Shown: one piece after another, positions 30,474-41,517 of the stretch
How the letters are laid out: each line of letters opens with the position of its first letter
Position numbering within the stretch: position 1 is the stretch's first letter
Program-made: the position numbers and the translations under genes
Source of the DNA: Trypanosoma brucei
Lineage: Eukaryota
Assembly (NCBI GenBank): GCA_000002445.1
Contig: CP000067.1
Location: forward strand, 1,024,001 to 1,088,000
Reading direction: 5' to 3'
Length of the DNA stretch: 64,000 nucleotides
Notes under the pieces: model-generated
Seen by the model: the letters and a program-made list of their open reading frames with translations, nothing else
Told to the model about the DNA's origin: nothing
Database searches by the model: none

Positions 30474-31937
30474 TTAATTGCTAAAGAACTCAATGATATT
30501 TTGCACCATCGGCGATGTGGTGGACGCATTTACAGCCGAGAGAACGGACCGCCTTGTTGCCGCAATTTTCTCTGCCTCTGGTGGTGACAACAAAAGCTCG
30601 TGCTTCTTCAAGGAGTTGATGTGCGTCCGGAAGCGTCCTTCCACTGAAACCAAAACGCAGCGCTCAATTTCCTCTCGGCTAATGAAACGAGCAATTTCCC
30701 CATCAGGTTCCGATCTTCCCTGCGCTGCGGTGTCTGTGAGGGAATTAACACCGGTTGCTGCGGTCTCCCAACTGCCAGTGGTTGCCAGGGAATCGACTCC
30801 GTTGGACTGAAGCGACATATTCATTTCAGACCAGCCGCTGGTTCCCACTTCCCTTTCGCGAGGTGACGGAAGAAATGAAACAAATGCGCGGCTGTTTGTC
30901 GAGCGCTGCCGCCTCCTTAACCCAAGCGGTGTTGAATCAATCTCCAGCTCATTTATGGTAGCGTCCTCCGGTATGGGTTGATCGTCTCGCATTCGTATAG
31001 GCGCACTGACGCTCACGCAGCTGTCTGGCAGACGCCTTTCAAATGTTGGAAGTACCGCATGGAAGTCGGGTTTTATCAACACCTCACTCTCCTCATCCAT
31101 TTCCCCAATCTCACTGAAGGTGCGGAAGGTGAGAGGAGTTTGAAAGCAGCCGTCATAAGCTGTTGAGAGTATGGACTGGTTTGATCGTGTCTCCGCTAGG
31201 GAGAAGGAAGCCTCCCTTACCACAAGGTTGTCAACAGCATGGTTTACAAAGACGGAAACATTATTGCACGCATCCTTCAAGGAGTGGCGCCCCTGTGGTG
31301 TCGCTCTAGATTTATCGTTTATTCGTCGGTAACCATCAAGAATTTGTTCAACAATGAATTGCAACCTGTCCTCACTGACACTTCTTCCCATGGGGACCGC
31401 GGAGAGGATGCGTGGGCGATCACTGATGAAACCGTAGTGCGTGTGGGGATGCTGCCGTTGCGCTAAATGATGCCGCTCATTCACCACTGGAATATCCCCG
31501 CCCACTGCCAAACAAGGTGTTTGTGGTGTTAGTACATCGGGAAGTAATGGTGTATTTTGCACTCCCTCTTTAATGCTGGCGTCCGGGCCGGGTTGCGGCT
31601 CCTGCTGCTCGTCCTTATCAACCACGTCTCTGCCGTACAAAGTGCACAGGAAGTCTACTACATTGTTCAAGAAATTCACGTTTCCCGATGACTTTTTTCG
31701 GGTGGGGTGCATTGCTCTGCTTGCTGCTCCGCTTGAAGCGTTAGTATCGTCCGTGAGAACCGAAACTCGATGACCGCTCGATGATCGACGATGCAACCGA
31801 GTATTGACGACATCTTTTGTAGCGGTTGATGGGTCCTCCCCTGACTTCTCAACGGTCAATCTTCGCACGCCTTCATCTCCTCTAGCTGCTTCCTCATTAA
31901 AGACTGGTGGAGTTATCGGTTCCGAACCTGCCGACAT
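30474..31937 (-). CDS. Hypothetical Ser/Thr-rich protein
   Basis: The track ORF (505 aa) starts on TTG, so I moved the start to the first ATG at codon 19 (MSAGSEPITPP), giving about 487 aa. The ORF is long and unbroken with coding-like GC. I saw no recognisable domain. A polypyrimidine tract lies upstream on the minus strand. Confidence 0.5.
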   Translation of the reverse strand: MSAGSEPITPPVFNEEAARGDEGVRRLTVEKSGEDPSTATKDVVNTRLHRRSSSGHRVSVLTDDTNASSGAASRAMHPTRKKSSGNVNFLNNVVDFLCTLYGRDVVDKDEQQEPQPGPDASIKEGVQNTPLLPDVLTPQTPCLAVGGDIPVVNERHHLAQRQHPHTHYGFISDRPRILSAVPMGRSVSEDRLQFIVEQILDGYRRINDKSRATPQGRHSLKDACNNVSVFVNHAVDNLVVREASFSLAETRSNQSILSTAYDGCFQTPLTFRTFSEIGEMDEESEVLIKPDFHAVLPTFERRLPDSCVSVSAPIRMRDDQPIPEDATINELEIDSTPLGLRRRQRSTNSRAFVSFLPSPREREVGTSGWSEMNMSLQSNGVDSLATTGSWETAATGVNSLTDTAAQGRSEPDGEIARFISREEIERCVLVSVEGRFRTHINSLKKHELLLSPPEAEKIAATRRSVLSAVNASTTSPMVQNIIEFFSN

Positions 31938-32598
31938 TTGGATAAGTGTCGGAGGGTAAAACAGAAAATTTCCTGAGTAACGGGCCGCCAACAGACTTGA
32001 TACTTCGGTGATTCAAAGAAGTAGCAAAAAATAAAAAAAAGAAGAAAGCGATGCAAAAATCTTGAGGAAATGGGGGAATTCATATGTAAGCTGAAGATGA
32101 GGAGTTAAACGAAGGAGCATCATCATTATCGTAGGATACAATGATCACATAACATTGCTCCTGAAACTGCTGTACTTGGGTCGAAGAGAAGCATGAGTCA
32201 GAGGTCCGTTGGTAAAAATGCAAAAGAAAAGAAAGTTAAATCCTTATTTTTGAACGAATGGGAGGGGGGGTGCCCCCTCAACTCTTCTCTTTCCTTTCCC
32301 TCTCCTTTTAATTAAGTTAGGGTTCCCCTTTGCTGTCTACTGCTTCCTTAATTAAAGGAAGCCCATCCTCTCACACCTGACATGCAACCGCCTTTGGGGG
32401 AATAAAACAGAAACCTAGCAAACACTGTTTAGCAGGTGCAAACAAGCGCATATGTATATGCGTATTTATGTATTTAGTACATGTGTTAACGCAGGGACGG
32501 GCGCCCACAAGTGCGAGCGCAAAAATGAGAGGAATAAACTGTTTGAGAGACATTACACACTGCTACGCAAGTGACACCCGTATAAGGTTGAAGCCCTA

Positions 32599-34086
32599 CT
32601 AAAGCCGTTGGGACGTCGCTTCTGATCGGCTGGAAGAGCATGTCGAGCAAATTTCCATAATCATTTCACTGATTTTCACCAGCATCCGTGCCCGCCTGGC
32701 ACGGTGTTCGTCCGTCACTGATAAGTCATAGAGGAGAAGGTTGGCTGCACATCCGACACTCTGCTGCACGTCCCGCTGACAAAAAGCCAACGCAGCGTTG
32801 ATGAGCTGATCCCCGCTGAGCCTTTTCCGTGCAGCCTTATACAGCGTCGTTACACACGTCTTTGTGAGTAGTTTCATACTGGATATACAGGCCCACTTTG
32901 AGGTTCGGAATCGGTCGATCTCCCGCCTGAGAGGAACCCTTGTTAAGTGCTGACGAGCGACTGCGGCGTATTGTTTGGCGACCAAAGGCATGAAACTCCG
33001 CCCACCGCGCGTGCAGACCGCGTCCACGATTGCCGGTCGTGCGGCCTCGAGCGTGGCGTCATCGCCATCCACAAGTGGCAGAAGAATTTTGGCCAAACGC
33101 AACCGTCGCCTGTTCTTCATTTCTTTCCTGAGCTCACCATCGAGGTATAAACGCGAGGTGAAGTGAAGGGTCCACCCCAGACGACCGATGAAGGGCTCCC
33201 AGTGCCTTGCGCCAAGAATCTCCTCTATGTTGGAGTATGAACCGTTGCCCACACGGTTGGGGTTTACTTTTCCACTTGTGTCATATTCGATGCGACACCG
33301 TTCGTCACTCAGCACATTGTAGGCATCCAAAAGACGTTGAAATCGCTGCGAGGCGTCTGCATCACCAATATTCCTGTCCGGATGCAGTAGTAGTGCCTTG
33401 TGGCGGTAGGCTGATCGAATTTCATCTGCCGTGGCTTCTCTACCCACTCCCAAAATACTGTAAAAGTCCTCTCCCAATTCTCCATCCTGCTGTTCAGTAG
33501 AGTCAGCATCAGCAGCGTCTTCCTCATTAGAGTCAGGGGACAAGCTTTTCTTTACCCAGTCCATTATCTTATTCTTCCGCTTGCGAGACTTACGGTAGAT
33601 GTCATCATCCGTTGGAGGAAGATCAGCCAACATGTCATCCAAGTGTACATCGATCCACTTCCCATATATTTCGCACCAGTAGCATCTTCCCCGTACTGTT
33701 TGCTGGAGAGCAGCTTTTGTGTTCATCACACCACGGCCAAGTTGTCGCGCGCCCATCACCACGCCAGCCAAAGTTCCACCCGCAAGTGTGACAATACCGG
33801 CGCCGAGCCCTTTAGCGACACCAACGGCGCCTTCTTCTTTCCCGGAAGCTATGGTCGCTGCAATAAGACCACTCATTCCCATGCCAACTCCTACCACCAC
33901 ATTTCTGGCGGCATCGGCTACTCCATGTCCAACATGTTTAGGCACACTGTCAGCAAAAGGGCTCCGCAACAGAGAAAGCGGTACTCGGGGTACATTCGTA
34001 TTTTCTGTCCCCCTCCTCCTTTTCCTTCCGCTTGGATTGCATCCGTTGCTTTTCCCCATGTTTTCAACTGTACATAAAACAAACAT
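32599..34086 (-). CDS. DnaJ (Hsp40) J-domain protein with an N-terminal glycine-zipper hydrophobic segment
   Basis: The track ORF starts on TTG. The first ATG is codon 42, and the next is codon 51 (MGKSNGC, at 34059), so the true start is ambiguous. A central J domain reads DFYSILGVGREATADEIRSAYRHKALLLHPDRN with the HPD motif. N-terminal to it is a Gly/Ala-rich GxxxG-repeat segment, VGVGMGMSGLIAATIASG...GLGAGIVTLAGGTLAGVVMG. The C-terminal 230 aa are not the DnaJ type I/II C-terminal domain. Confidence 0.75.
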   Translation of the reverse strand: MFVLCTVENMGKSNGCNPSGRKRRRGTENTNVPRVPLSLLRSPFADSVPKHVGHGVADAARNVVVGVGMGMSGLIAATIASGKEEGAVGVAKGLGAGIVTLAGGTLAGVVMGARQLGRGVMNTKAALQQTVRGRCYWCEIYGKWIDVHLDDMLADLPPTDDDIYRKSRKRKNKIMDWVKKSLSPDSNEEDAADADSTEQQDGELGEDFYSILGVGREATADEIRSAYRHKALLLHPDRNIGDADASQRFQRLLDAYNVLSDERCRIEYDTSGKVNPNRVGNGSYSNIEEILGARHWEPFIGRLGWTLHFTSRLYLDGELRKEMKNRRRLRLAKILLPLVDGDDATLEAARPAIVDAVCTRGGRSFMPLVAKQYAAVARQHLTRVPLRREIDRFRTSKWACISSMKLLTKTCVTTLYKAARKRLSGDQLINAALAFCQRDVQQSVGCAANLLLYDLSVTDEHRARRARMLVKISEMIMEICSTCSSSRSEATSQRL

Positions 34087-34221
34087 ATGGGATAGTAATA
34101 GTTGCGGGGTGATGACAAGTGAGGTGTGATGAGAATACCAACCGCTGGAAGAACCACGCAGAACACTACACAAATGCACACACGTATATGTGTATGTGTA
34201 AAAGAACAAATATTCTTTTAT

Positions 34222-34258
34222 TTTAAGAGAGAGAGAGAGGGGGGGGGGAACATCCAGA
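34222..34258 (-). promoter_or_regulatory. Polypyrimidine/poly-C tract upstream of the DnaJ gene, a candidate trans-splice acceptor region
   Basis: The minus strand reads ggatgttcccccccccctctctctctctcttaaaataaaag, about 140-170 nt upstream of the first ATG. Confidence 0.35.
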
Positions 34259-35788
34259 CCATTTCAGAATTTGTACCAACACTCCAAGTGCCGCCGGTTT
34301 GCGTACCGTATGCCGCTGAGAGTTACCTGCGCACGACTGTCCTGTCGTCACACAAAGATTTGGAGAAAAGAACAGCGGGTAAAGAGGAGTCGGCATCGCT
34401 AGTGTTTCCGTGCAAGGCAAAAGAAAAAAAAACGGGAAAGAAAACAACAACAAGCAAACACAAAAGAAGGGAAAACGTCATGCGACCGCAAACCGCCAAG
34501 CGGAAAGGGGGACTCCGCACGACGGTTAAATGAATTAATTATCAGCGGTGTTCGCGCAATTCATTAAATTATTGAAAAGTGGGGATTCGTGCAACCTGTC
34601 ATTTTTGTTTTTTGTGACGCGTAGTTTGTCACTCAACAAGTAATATGACATATTTTTGTGTGTGCCATGTGACTTTCCTTGAAACTACGAAGGGGAAGAA
34701 GGGTTCAGAATTCTCAATTTGTGTAAATAAATGAACTAATCAGAGGAAAAAAAAAGGGGAAACAGGGAAGAGATAATAATAATAAAAGAACCGCCACAAT
34801 TCCGTGGCTTAAAGCTGAGCAGGTGACAGACATATGCGAGGGTTATGCAGTGATAGAAAAAAAAATAGCAGTCCGCAGTGGGAGCGCACACCTGGTCAGA
34901 AAAAAAAGTAAAATAAAGAAATAAAAAGAAAATTAGCCCTTTCCGAATTTCTCAACGCCCACTCAAAGTTGTGGAGTGTACTGGGCAAAAATAAAATAAA
35001 AGACAAAAAGTAGATAAATACAACAACAAGCACACCAATAAATAGGAGGGAGAGCAAAAGAAATCAGAAAAAAAATTAGGGAAAAACATTGAGGAGGAAA
35101 ATGACGGTGACGAGTGGGGGAATATGAAACAAAGAGAATATATATATATATATATATAGGAATGACACGCATATTTTTTTTTTTTCATTTTCCCTTTTGA
35201 CACTCCACTCAAATCATTCGCTCTTTTCGTCCCCTCACCCGATCGCCATCATTAACCAAACTTTGATATCGCAGGCTGTGAAATTGCTCAAGACCGGACA
35301 AAACGAGGGAAAATAAAACAAAAAAAAATAGAAAGTTGAGAAAGGTGTTGACACCACACATTATATTAAATACAAAAAAAACAATGAACGATGCTCATCA
35401 CAGTGGTCAGGATACCTGCCAGTGGTGCACGATGGAAAGAAGTCCATGCGAAGGCCTTCCTCTACTTTTTTCCCTCTTTCGAAACGCATTATTACTCATT
35501 TAAAAGACATTAACAACAATAACAACAACAAAATAATTACAAAGATATTATTTTTTAAAGTTAAAAAGAAACTAGGGTAGGGTAGAGAGGAAAACGAAAC
35601 AAAACAAGCATAAGAAAGGTGATAGCATACAGTTGTGACCACTTTACCTTAAATAGAAATTTACTTTCTCTTTATATCTTGTTACACCCAGGGGCTTAGT
35701 GGGAAATAAGCACTTTCTCAGCTCTTGTCAGCGCCTCAAACTTAAGAATTGAGTCCGCCGCATGCTGGCACTTACGTTTAGTTTATGT

Positions 35789-37159
35789 TCATCCCCTGAC
35801 GGTATCCAAAATGGTGGAGCCGGTGCCGAACACAATAAGAAACACACCGCACAGCAGCACCACATAAGTCGTAATGTAATATAAGGGCCCAACTTTCTGC
35901 CATGTGAAGCCCCCTGAGTACATAATCAACAACGCGGGGAAGACGAAACCCAGTGAACCACCACACACAGATCCGGCAATACCAAACACGGTGGTGATCT
36001 TCGGGATGAATATACTCAAAAGCAAAACAAGGAACGACAGTGTAATGACTGACACGCAATGCTTCCAAAAGGGTAGAGAATCCGCAGTCTTCCCAACGAC
36101 GTCATACAATGCATTACGACACGCCATAGCAACTAGGGCATAGGATACGCATAGTTTGATAACGACGCCAATCATACCAACCATTACAGCCGGCTCCTTT
36201 ACGGGGTCGTACATAAGCAAAATAGAACTGGTTGCGGTCTTACCAAAGTCCATGTAACCGAAAAAGGCAGTGATTATGTACATTATACAGCAAAGGGTAT
36301 TGGCAATGATGGCCGCAATAACAAACTTACGTACTGAACGATCCTTCATGTCAATATAAACTTCGTACGCTGTAATCTGCGATATGAATGCGAACATAAA
36401 TACTCCCATTCCCTCAATGGCCTGGAATCCGCTGTTGAATAGGATGATTTCGGCATCTTCGCTCTTGGTCACACTAACATTCTTTATATTCTCCGACAAG
36501 CCATTCATGCACGAGTGCACAACGATCACAATGACAAAATACACCATGAAGGTAACGGCAAAAGTGGAGACGTACCGAAGGGAGTCGATGTGACGCGGAA
36601 TCGTCAGTGGAAGCATAAAACATGCCCAAACCACCGCCATGAGAAGACGATTACCTGATTTTTCCTTCAGGAAGTCCGGCGCATTTGTGCCTTTCAAAAT
36701 GGCAGACAAAATATCTCCCACTGAAATCACGTAGGCAACACAACCACTAAAACCGAGTAGCGCTCGAATACCAGCAAGAACATACGCAGCCCCGCGGCCG
36801 AGAAGTGCGCGAGTTGCCCTCTCGAAGGTGGGGGCTCCTGAGCGGTCGGCTGCGACTGAGAGGTTGTGCATCGTGAAAACCGTTACGGAAGAGATGAAAA
36901 TGAGGTAAAACATTCCCATGATAAGGCCGGTACTGTTGGCCGCCGGAGGCATCCCGAAGATTCCCGCACCGATTGTTGTTGACGCCATGTTAAAAGCACT
37001 GGCCGCAATGCCACCCGGAGGCAAAACAGTGGCGACGCACAAACTCACCTTCGTAAAGAATGTGTTTCGCCCCTTCTTCACGTTATCTTCGGTCTGCACC
37101 GGTTCATTGGAGAGGTTGTTTGGCGTTTGCACTTCTTGTTGTTGCTTGGAGTTGCTCAT
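35789..37159 (-). CDS. Amino acid transporter, tandem array copy 1 (456 aa)
   Basis: The track ORF opens at a GTG 102 codons upstream. I placed the start at MSNSKQQQ because a polypyrimidine tract and an AG lie immediately upstream, the length then matches the paralogs, and the N-terminus aligns with the diverged 471-aa copy. The coding sequence is identical to copy 2. Confidence 0.8.
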   Translation of the reverse strand: MSNSKQQQEVQTPNNLSNEPVQTEDNVKKGRNTFFTKVSLCVATVLPPGGIAASAFNMASTTIGAGIFGMPPAANSTGLIMGMFYLIFISSVTVFTMHNLSVAADRSGAPTFERATRALLGRGAAYVLAGIRALLGFSGCVAYVISVGDILSAILKGTNAPDFLKEKSGNRLLMAVVWACFMLPLTIPRHIDSLRYVSTFAVTFMVYFVIVIVVHSCMNGLSENIKNVSVTKSEDAEIILFNSGFQAIEGMGVFMFAFISQITAYEVYIDMKDRSVRKFVIAAIIANTLCCIMYIITAFFGYMDFGKTATSSILLMYDPVKEPAVMVGMIGVVIKLCVSYALVAMACRNALYDVVGKTADSLPFWKHCVSVITLSFLVLLLSIFIPKITTVFGIAGSVCGGSLGFVFPALLIMYSGGFTWQKVGPLYYITTYVVLLCGVFLIVFGTGSTILDTVRG

Positions 37160-37217
37160 TGCGTCTTGCAGTCGATTAGCACTTTTAGGGACTTCTTTTA
37201 CCCACAGAGTTTCGGGA

Positions 37218-37250
37218 ACAAAAGGATGAAAGAGAAAGAGCATGAGGAAG
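37218..37250 (-). promoter_or_regulatory. Polypyrimidine tract plus AG upstream of AAT copy 1, a candidate trans-splice acceptor region (repeated in units 2 and 3)
   Basis: The minus strand reads cctcatgctctttctctttcatccttttgttccc, then gaaactctgtgggtaaaagaag, and then the ATG about 60 nt downstream. This is the kinetoplastid polyY/AG architecture. I have no mapping data. Confidence 0.4.
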
Positions 37251-38208
37251 TGATGTGCAAGGAAAGTTAGATATGCACAAGTTGGTGCGTACCATGTCTG
37301 AAAGTTTATTGAAGAAGATGCAAGCACACACCTGGAGAGACGCAAATGACGTTCGCCTCCCTTCGTTTTGTGCTTGAGCTGTGCAGCAGTTGCCCCGATG
37401 ATTGTAATGCACACGAGGTGATTTCCATACCAACGTTGAATAGAGTTGTTTGAGGGCAAATTCACTTGCCACTGGAGTTACAAACGCATAAAGTCGTTTC
37501 GGCATGCTAGTGATTGTTTGCTCACGTTTCTTGTCGATTGCGCCACTTCTTCAGTACCATACGACTTCATGCGAGATGAAGAGCGGGGAAGACTTCTGCA
37601 AGACAAAACTTAAAATGTTGCAGTGCTTTGAAGCAGAGTGGACATACACATAACTTTGCTCCTTGATACCACAGCTAGGAACGCAGCGCCCCAAAGTTAT
37701 GAATTACATATGAACTTGATGCACTTGATGGAAGCGGCACCGCGTGAATGCCACTACTGAAAGTGTATGAAAGGAAAGAAAAGACAATAAGAATATTAGG
37801 GGAAAGAACAAAGAAGGGGTTAATGTTTCGCAATTACCATTTAACCTAGTGGTATACCTGAGATAATAAAATCAGCGGTGCACCGAAAGAAACGCTGCAC
37901 AGCCTGAGCACCGAGGGAGGAAGTTGAGGTAAAAAGAAAAAAAAAGAAACCATAAAACAAAAAAGAAACCGAAAGGGACCCTCGAATGGTATCGCAGAAG
38001 CAGCATTTGGAGATGAGTGGACGCATGGAGTCGGCAAACTTGACGGTTTTACCACCGCTTTATTCAACGGCAATGGAGCCACCGCCTCCAGCCGCATCGC
38101 ATAATACGGCCAAATCACTGCAATTCGCACCTCCGCTTGTTGTATTTTCTAATCGGCGGACGTAACGAGGGAAAAACGATGGGACCCCAACGAGATGACA
38201 ACGACAAA

Positions 38209-41200
38209 AGAAAAAAAAGTAAAATAAAGAAATAAAAAGAAAATTAGCCCTTTCCGAATTTCTCAACGCCCACTCAAAGTTGTGGAGTGTACTGGGCAAA
38301 AATAAAATAAAAGACAAAAAGTAGATAAATACAACAACAAGCACACCAATAAATAGGAGGGAGAGTAAAAGAAATCAGAAAAAAAATTAGGGAAAAACAT
38401 TGAGGAGGAAAATGACGGTGACGGGTGGGGGAATATGAAACAAAGAGAATATATATATATATATATAGGAATGACACGCATATTTTTTTTTTTTCATTTT
38501 CCCTTTTGACACTCCACTCAAATCATTCGCTCTTTTCGTCCCCTCACCCGATCGCCATCATTAACCAAACTTTGATATCGCAGGCTGTGAAATTGCTCAA
38601 GACCGGACAAAACGAGGGAAAATAAAACAAAAAAAATAGAAAGTTGAGAAAGGTGTTGACACCACACATTATATTAAATACAAAAAAAAACAATGAACGA
38701 TGCTCATCACAGTGGTCAGGATACCTGCCAGTGGTGCACGATGGAAAGAAGTCCATGCGAAGGCCTTCCTCTACTTTTTTCCCTCTTTCGAAACGCATTA
38801 TTACTCATTTAAAAGACATTAACAACAATAACAACAACAAAATAATTACAAAGATATTATTTTTTAAAGTTAAAAAGAAACTAGGGTAGGGTAGAGAGGA
38901 AAACGAAACAAAACAAGCATAAGAAAGGTGATAGCATACAGTTGTGACCACTTTACCTTAAATAGAAATTTACTTTCTCTTTATATCTTGTTACACCCAG
39001 GGGCTTAGTGGGAAATAAGCACTTTCTCAGCTCTTGTCAGCGCCTCAAACTTAAGAATTGAGTCCGCCGCATGCTGGCACTTACGTTTAGTTTATGTTCA
39101 TCCCCTGACGGTATCCAAAATGGTGGAGCCGGTGCCGAACACAATAAGAAACACACCGCACAGCAGCACCACATAAGTCGTAATGTAATATAAGGGCCCA
39201 ACTTTCTGCCATGTGAAGCCCCCTGAGTACATAATCAACAACGCGGGGAAGACGAAACCCAGTGAACCACCACACACAGATCCGGCAATACCAAACACGG
39301 TGGTGATCTTCGGGATGAATATACTCAAAAGCAAAACAAGGAACGACAGTGTAATGACTGACACGCAATGCTTCCAAAAGGGTAGAGAATCCGCAGTCTT
39401 CCCAACGACGTCATACAATGCATTACGACACGCCATAGCAACTAGGGCATAGGATACGCATAGTTTGATAACGACGCCAATCATACCAACCATTACAGCC
39501 GGCTCCTTTACGGGGTCGTACATAAGCAAAATAGAACTGGTTGCGGTCTTACCAAAGTCCATGTAACCGAAAAAGGCAGTGATTATGTACATTATACAGC
39601 AAAGGGTATTGGCAATGATGGCCGCAATAACAAACTTACGTACTGAACGATCCTTCATGTCAATATAAACTTCGTACGCTGTAATCTGCGATATGAATGC
39701 GAACATAAATACTCCCATTCCCTCAATGGCCTGGAATCCGCTGTTGAATAGGATGATTTCGGCATCTTCGCTCTTGGTCACACTAACATTCTTTATATTC
39801 TCCGACAAGCCATTCATGCACGAGTGCACAACGATCACAATGACAAAATACACCATGAAGGTAACGGCAAAAGTGGAGACGTACCGAAGGGAGTCGATGT
39901 GACGCGGAATCGTCAGTGGAAGCATAAAACATGCCCAAACCACCGCCATGAGAAGACGATTACCTGATTTTTCCTTCAGGAAGTCCGGCGCATTTGTGCC
40001 TTTCAAAATGGCAGACAAAATATCTCCCACTGAAATCACGTAGGCAACACAACCACTAAAACCGAGTAGCGCTCGAATACCAGCAAGAACATACGCAGCC
40101 CCGCGGCCGAGAAGTGCGCGAGTTGCCCTCTCGAAGGTGGGGGCTCCTGAGCGGTCGGCTGCGACTGAGAGGTTGTGCATCGTGAAAACCGTTACGGAAG
40201 AGATGAAAATGAGGTAAAACATTCCCATGATAAGGCCGGTACTGTTGGCCGCCGGAGGCATCCCGAAGATTCCCGCACCGATTGTTGTTGACGCCATGTT
40301 AAAAGCACTGGCCGCAATGCCACCCGGAGGCAAAACAGTGGCGACGCACAAACTCACCTTCGTAAAGAATGTGTTTCGCCCCTTCTTCACGTTATCTTCG
40401 GTCTGCACCGGTTCATTGGAGAGGTTGTTTGGCGTTTGCACTTCTTGTTGTTGCTTGGAGTTGCTCATTGCGTCTTGCAGTCGATTAGCACTTTTAGGGA
40501 CTTCTTTTACCCACAGAGTTTCGGGAACAAAAGGATGAAAGAGAAAGAGCATGAGGAAGTGATGTGCAAGGAAAGTTAGATATGCACAAGTTGGTGCGTA
40601 CCATGTCTGAAAGTTTATTGAAGAAGATGCAAGCACACACCTGGAGAGACGCAAATGACGTTCGCCTCCCTTCGTTTTGTGCTTGAGCTGTGCAGCAGTT
40701 GCCCCGATGATTGTAATGCACACGAGGTGATTTCCATACCAACGTTGAATAGAGTTGTTTGAGGGCAAATTCACTTGCCACTGGAGTTACAAACGCATAA
40801 AGTCGTTTCGGCATGCTAGTGATTGTTTGCTCACGTTTCTTGTCGATTGCGCCACTTCTTCAGTACCATACGACTTCATGCGAGATGAAGAGCGGGGAAG
40901 ACTTCTGCAAGACAAAACTTAAAATGTTGCAGTGCTTTGAAGCAGAGTGGACATACACATAACTTTGCTCCTTGATACCACAGCTAGGAACGCAGCGCCC
41001 CAAAGTTATGAATTACATATGAACTTGATGCACTTGATGGAAGCGGCACCGCGTGAATGCCACTACTGAAAGTGTATGAAAGGAAAGAAAAGACAATAAG
41101 AATATTAGGGGAAAGAACAAAGAAGGGGTTAATGTTTCGCAATTACCATTTAACCTAGTGGTATACCTGAGATAATAAAATCAGCGGTGCACCGAAAGAA

Positions 41201-41517
41201 ACGCTGCACAGCCTGAGCACCGAGGGAGGAAGTTGAGGTAAAAAGAAAAAAAAAGAAACCATAAAACAAAAAAGAAACCGAAAGGGACCCTCGAATGGTA
41301 TCGCAGAAGCAGCATTTGGAGATGAGTGGACGCATGGAGTCGGCAAACTTGACGGTTTTACCACCGCTTTATTCAACGGCAATGGAGCCACCGCCTCCAG
41401 CCGCATCGCATAATACGGCCAAATCACTGCAATTCGCACCTCCGCTTGTTGTATTTTCTAATCGGCGGACGTAACGAGGGAAAAACGATGGGACCCCAAC
41501 GAGATGACAACGACAAA
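38209..41517 (-). repeat. Tandem repeat unit 2 (about 3309 bp) carrying AAT copy 2
   Basis: It is near-identical to unit 1. Its (TA)n is (TA)9, and it has one spacer SNP against unit 1 (gacgagtggggg against gacgggtggggg). Confidence 0.85.
39098..40468 (-). CDS. Amino acid transporter, tandem array copy 2 (456 aa)
   Basis: The translation is identical to copy 1. I verified the ATG at 40468-40466 directly (plus-strand cat). Confidence 0.8.
   Translation of the reverse strand: MSNSKQQQEVQTPNNLSNEPVQTEDNVKKGRNTFFTKVSLCVATVLPPGGIAASAFNMASTTIGAGIFGMPPAANSTGLIMGMFYLIFISSVTVFTMHNLSVAADRSGAPTFERATRALLGRGAAYVLAGIRALLGFSGCVAYVISVGDILSAILKGTNAPDFLKEKSGNRLLMAVVWACFMLPLTIPRHIDSLRYVSTFAVTFMVYFVIVIVVHSCMNGLSENIKNVSVTKSEDAEIILFNSGFQAIEGMGVFMFAFISQITAYEVYIDMKDRSVRKFVIAAIIANTLCCIMYIITAFFGYMDFGKTATSSILLMYDPVKEPAVMVGMIGVVIKLCVSYALVAMACRNALYDVVGKTADSLPFWKHCVSVITLSFLVLLLSIFIPKITTVFGIAGSVCGGSLGFVFPALLIMYSGGFTWQKVGPLYYITTYVVLLCGVFLIVFGTGSTILDTVRG

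Larger units (their letters stand above)
34898..38208 (-). repeat. Tandem repeat unit 1 (about 3311 bp) carrying AAT copy 1 and about 1.9 kb of spacer
   Basis: Homology to units 2 and 3 starts at agaaaaaaaagtaaaataaagaaataaaaag. Coding and spacer sequence are near-identical across units. The internal (TA)n is (TA)10 here. Confidence 0.85.

Noticed and set aside
35789-37465. A 102-codon N-terminal extension of each array AAT ORF (track protein beginning MNLPSNNSIQ...), also present in units 2 and 3
   Set aside because: The first codon is GTG, not ATG. The extension overlaps the polypyrimidine/AG splice-acceptor region. The paralogs have no such extension, and the true start at MSNSKQQQ gives the family-typical length of 456 aa.
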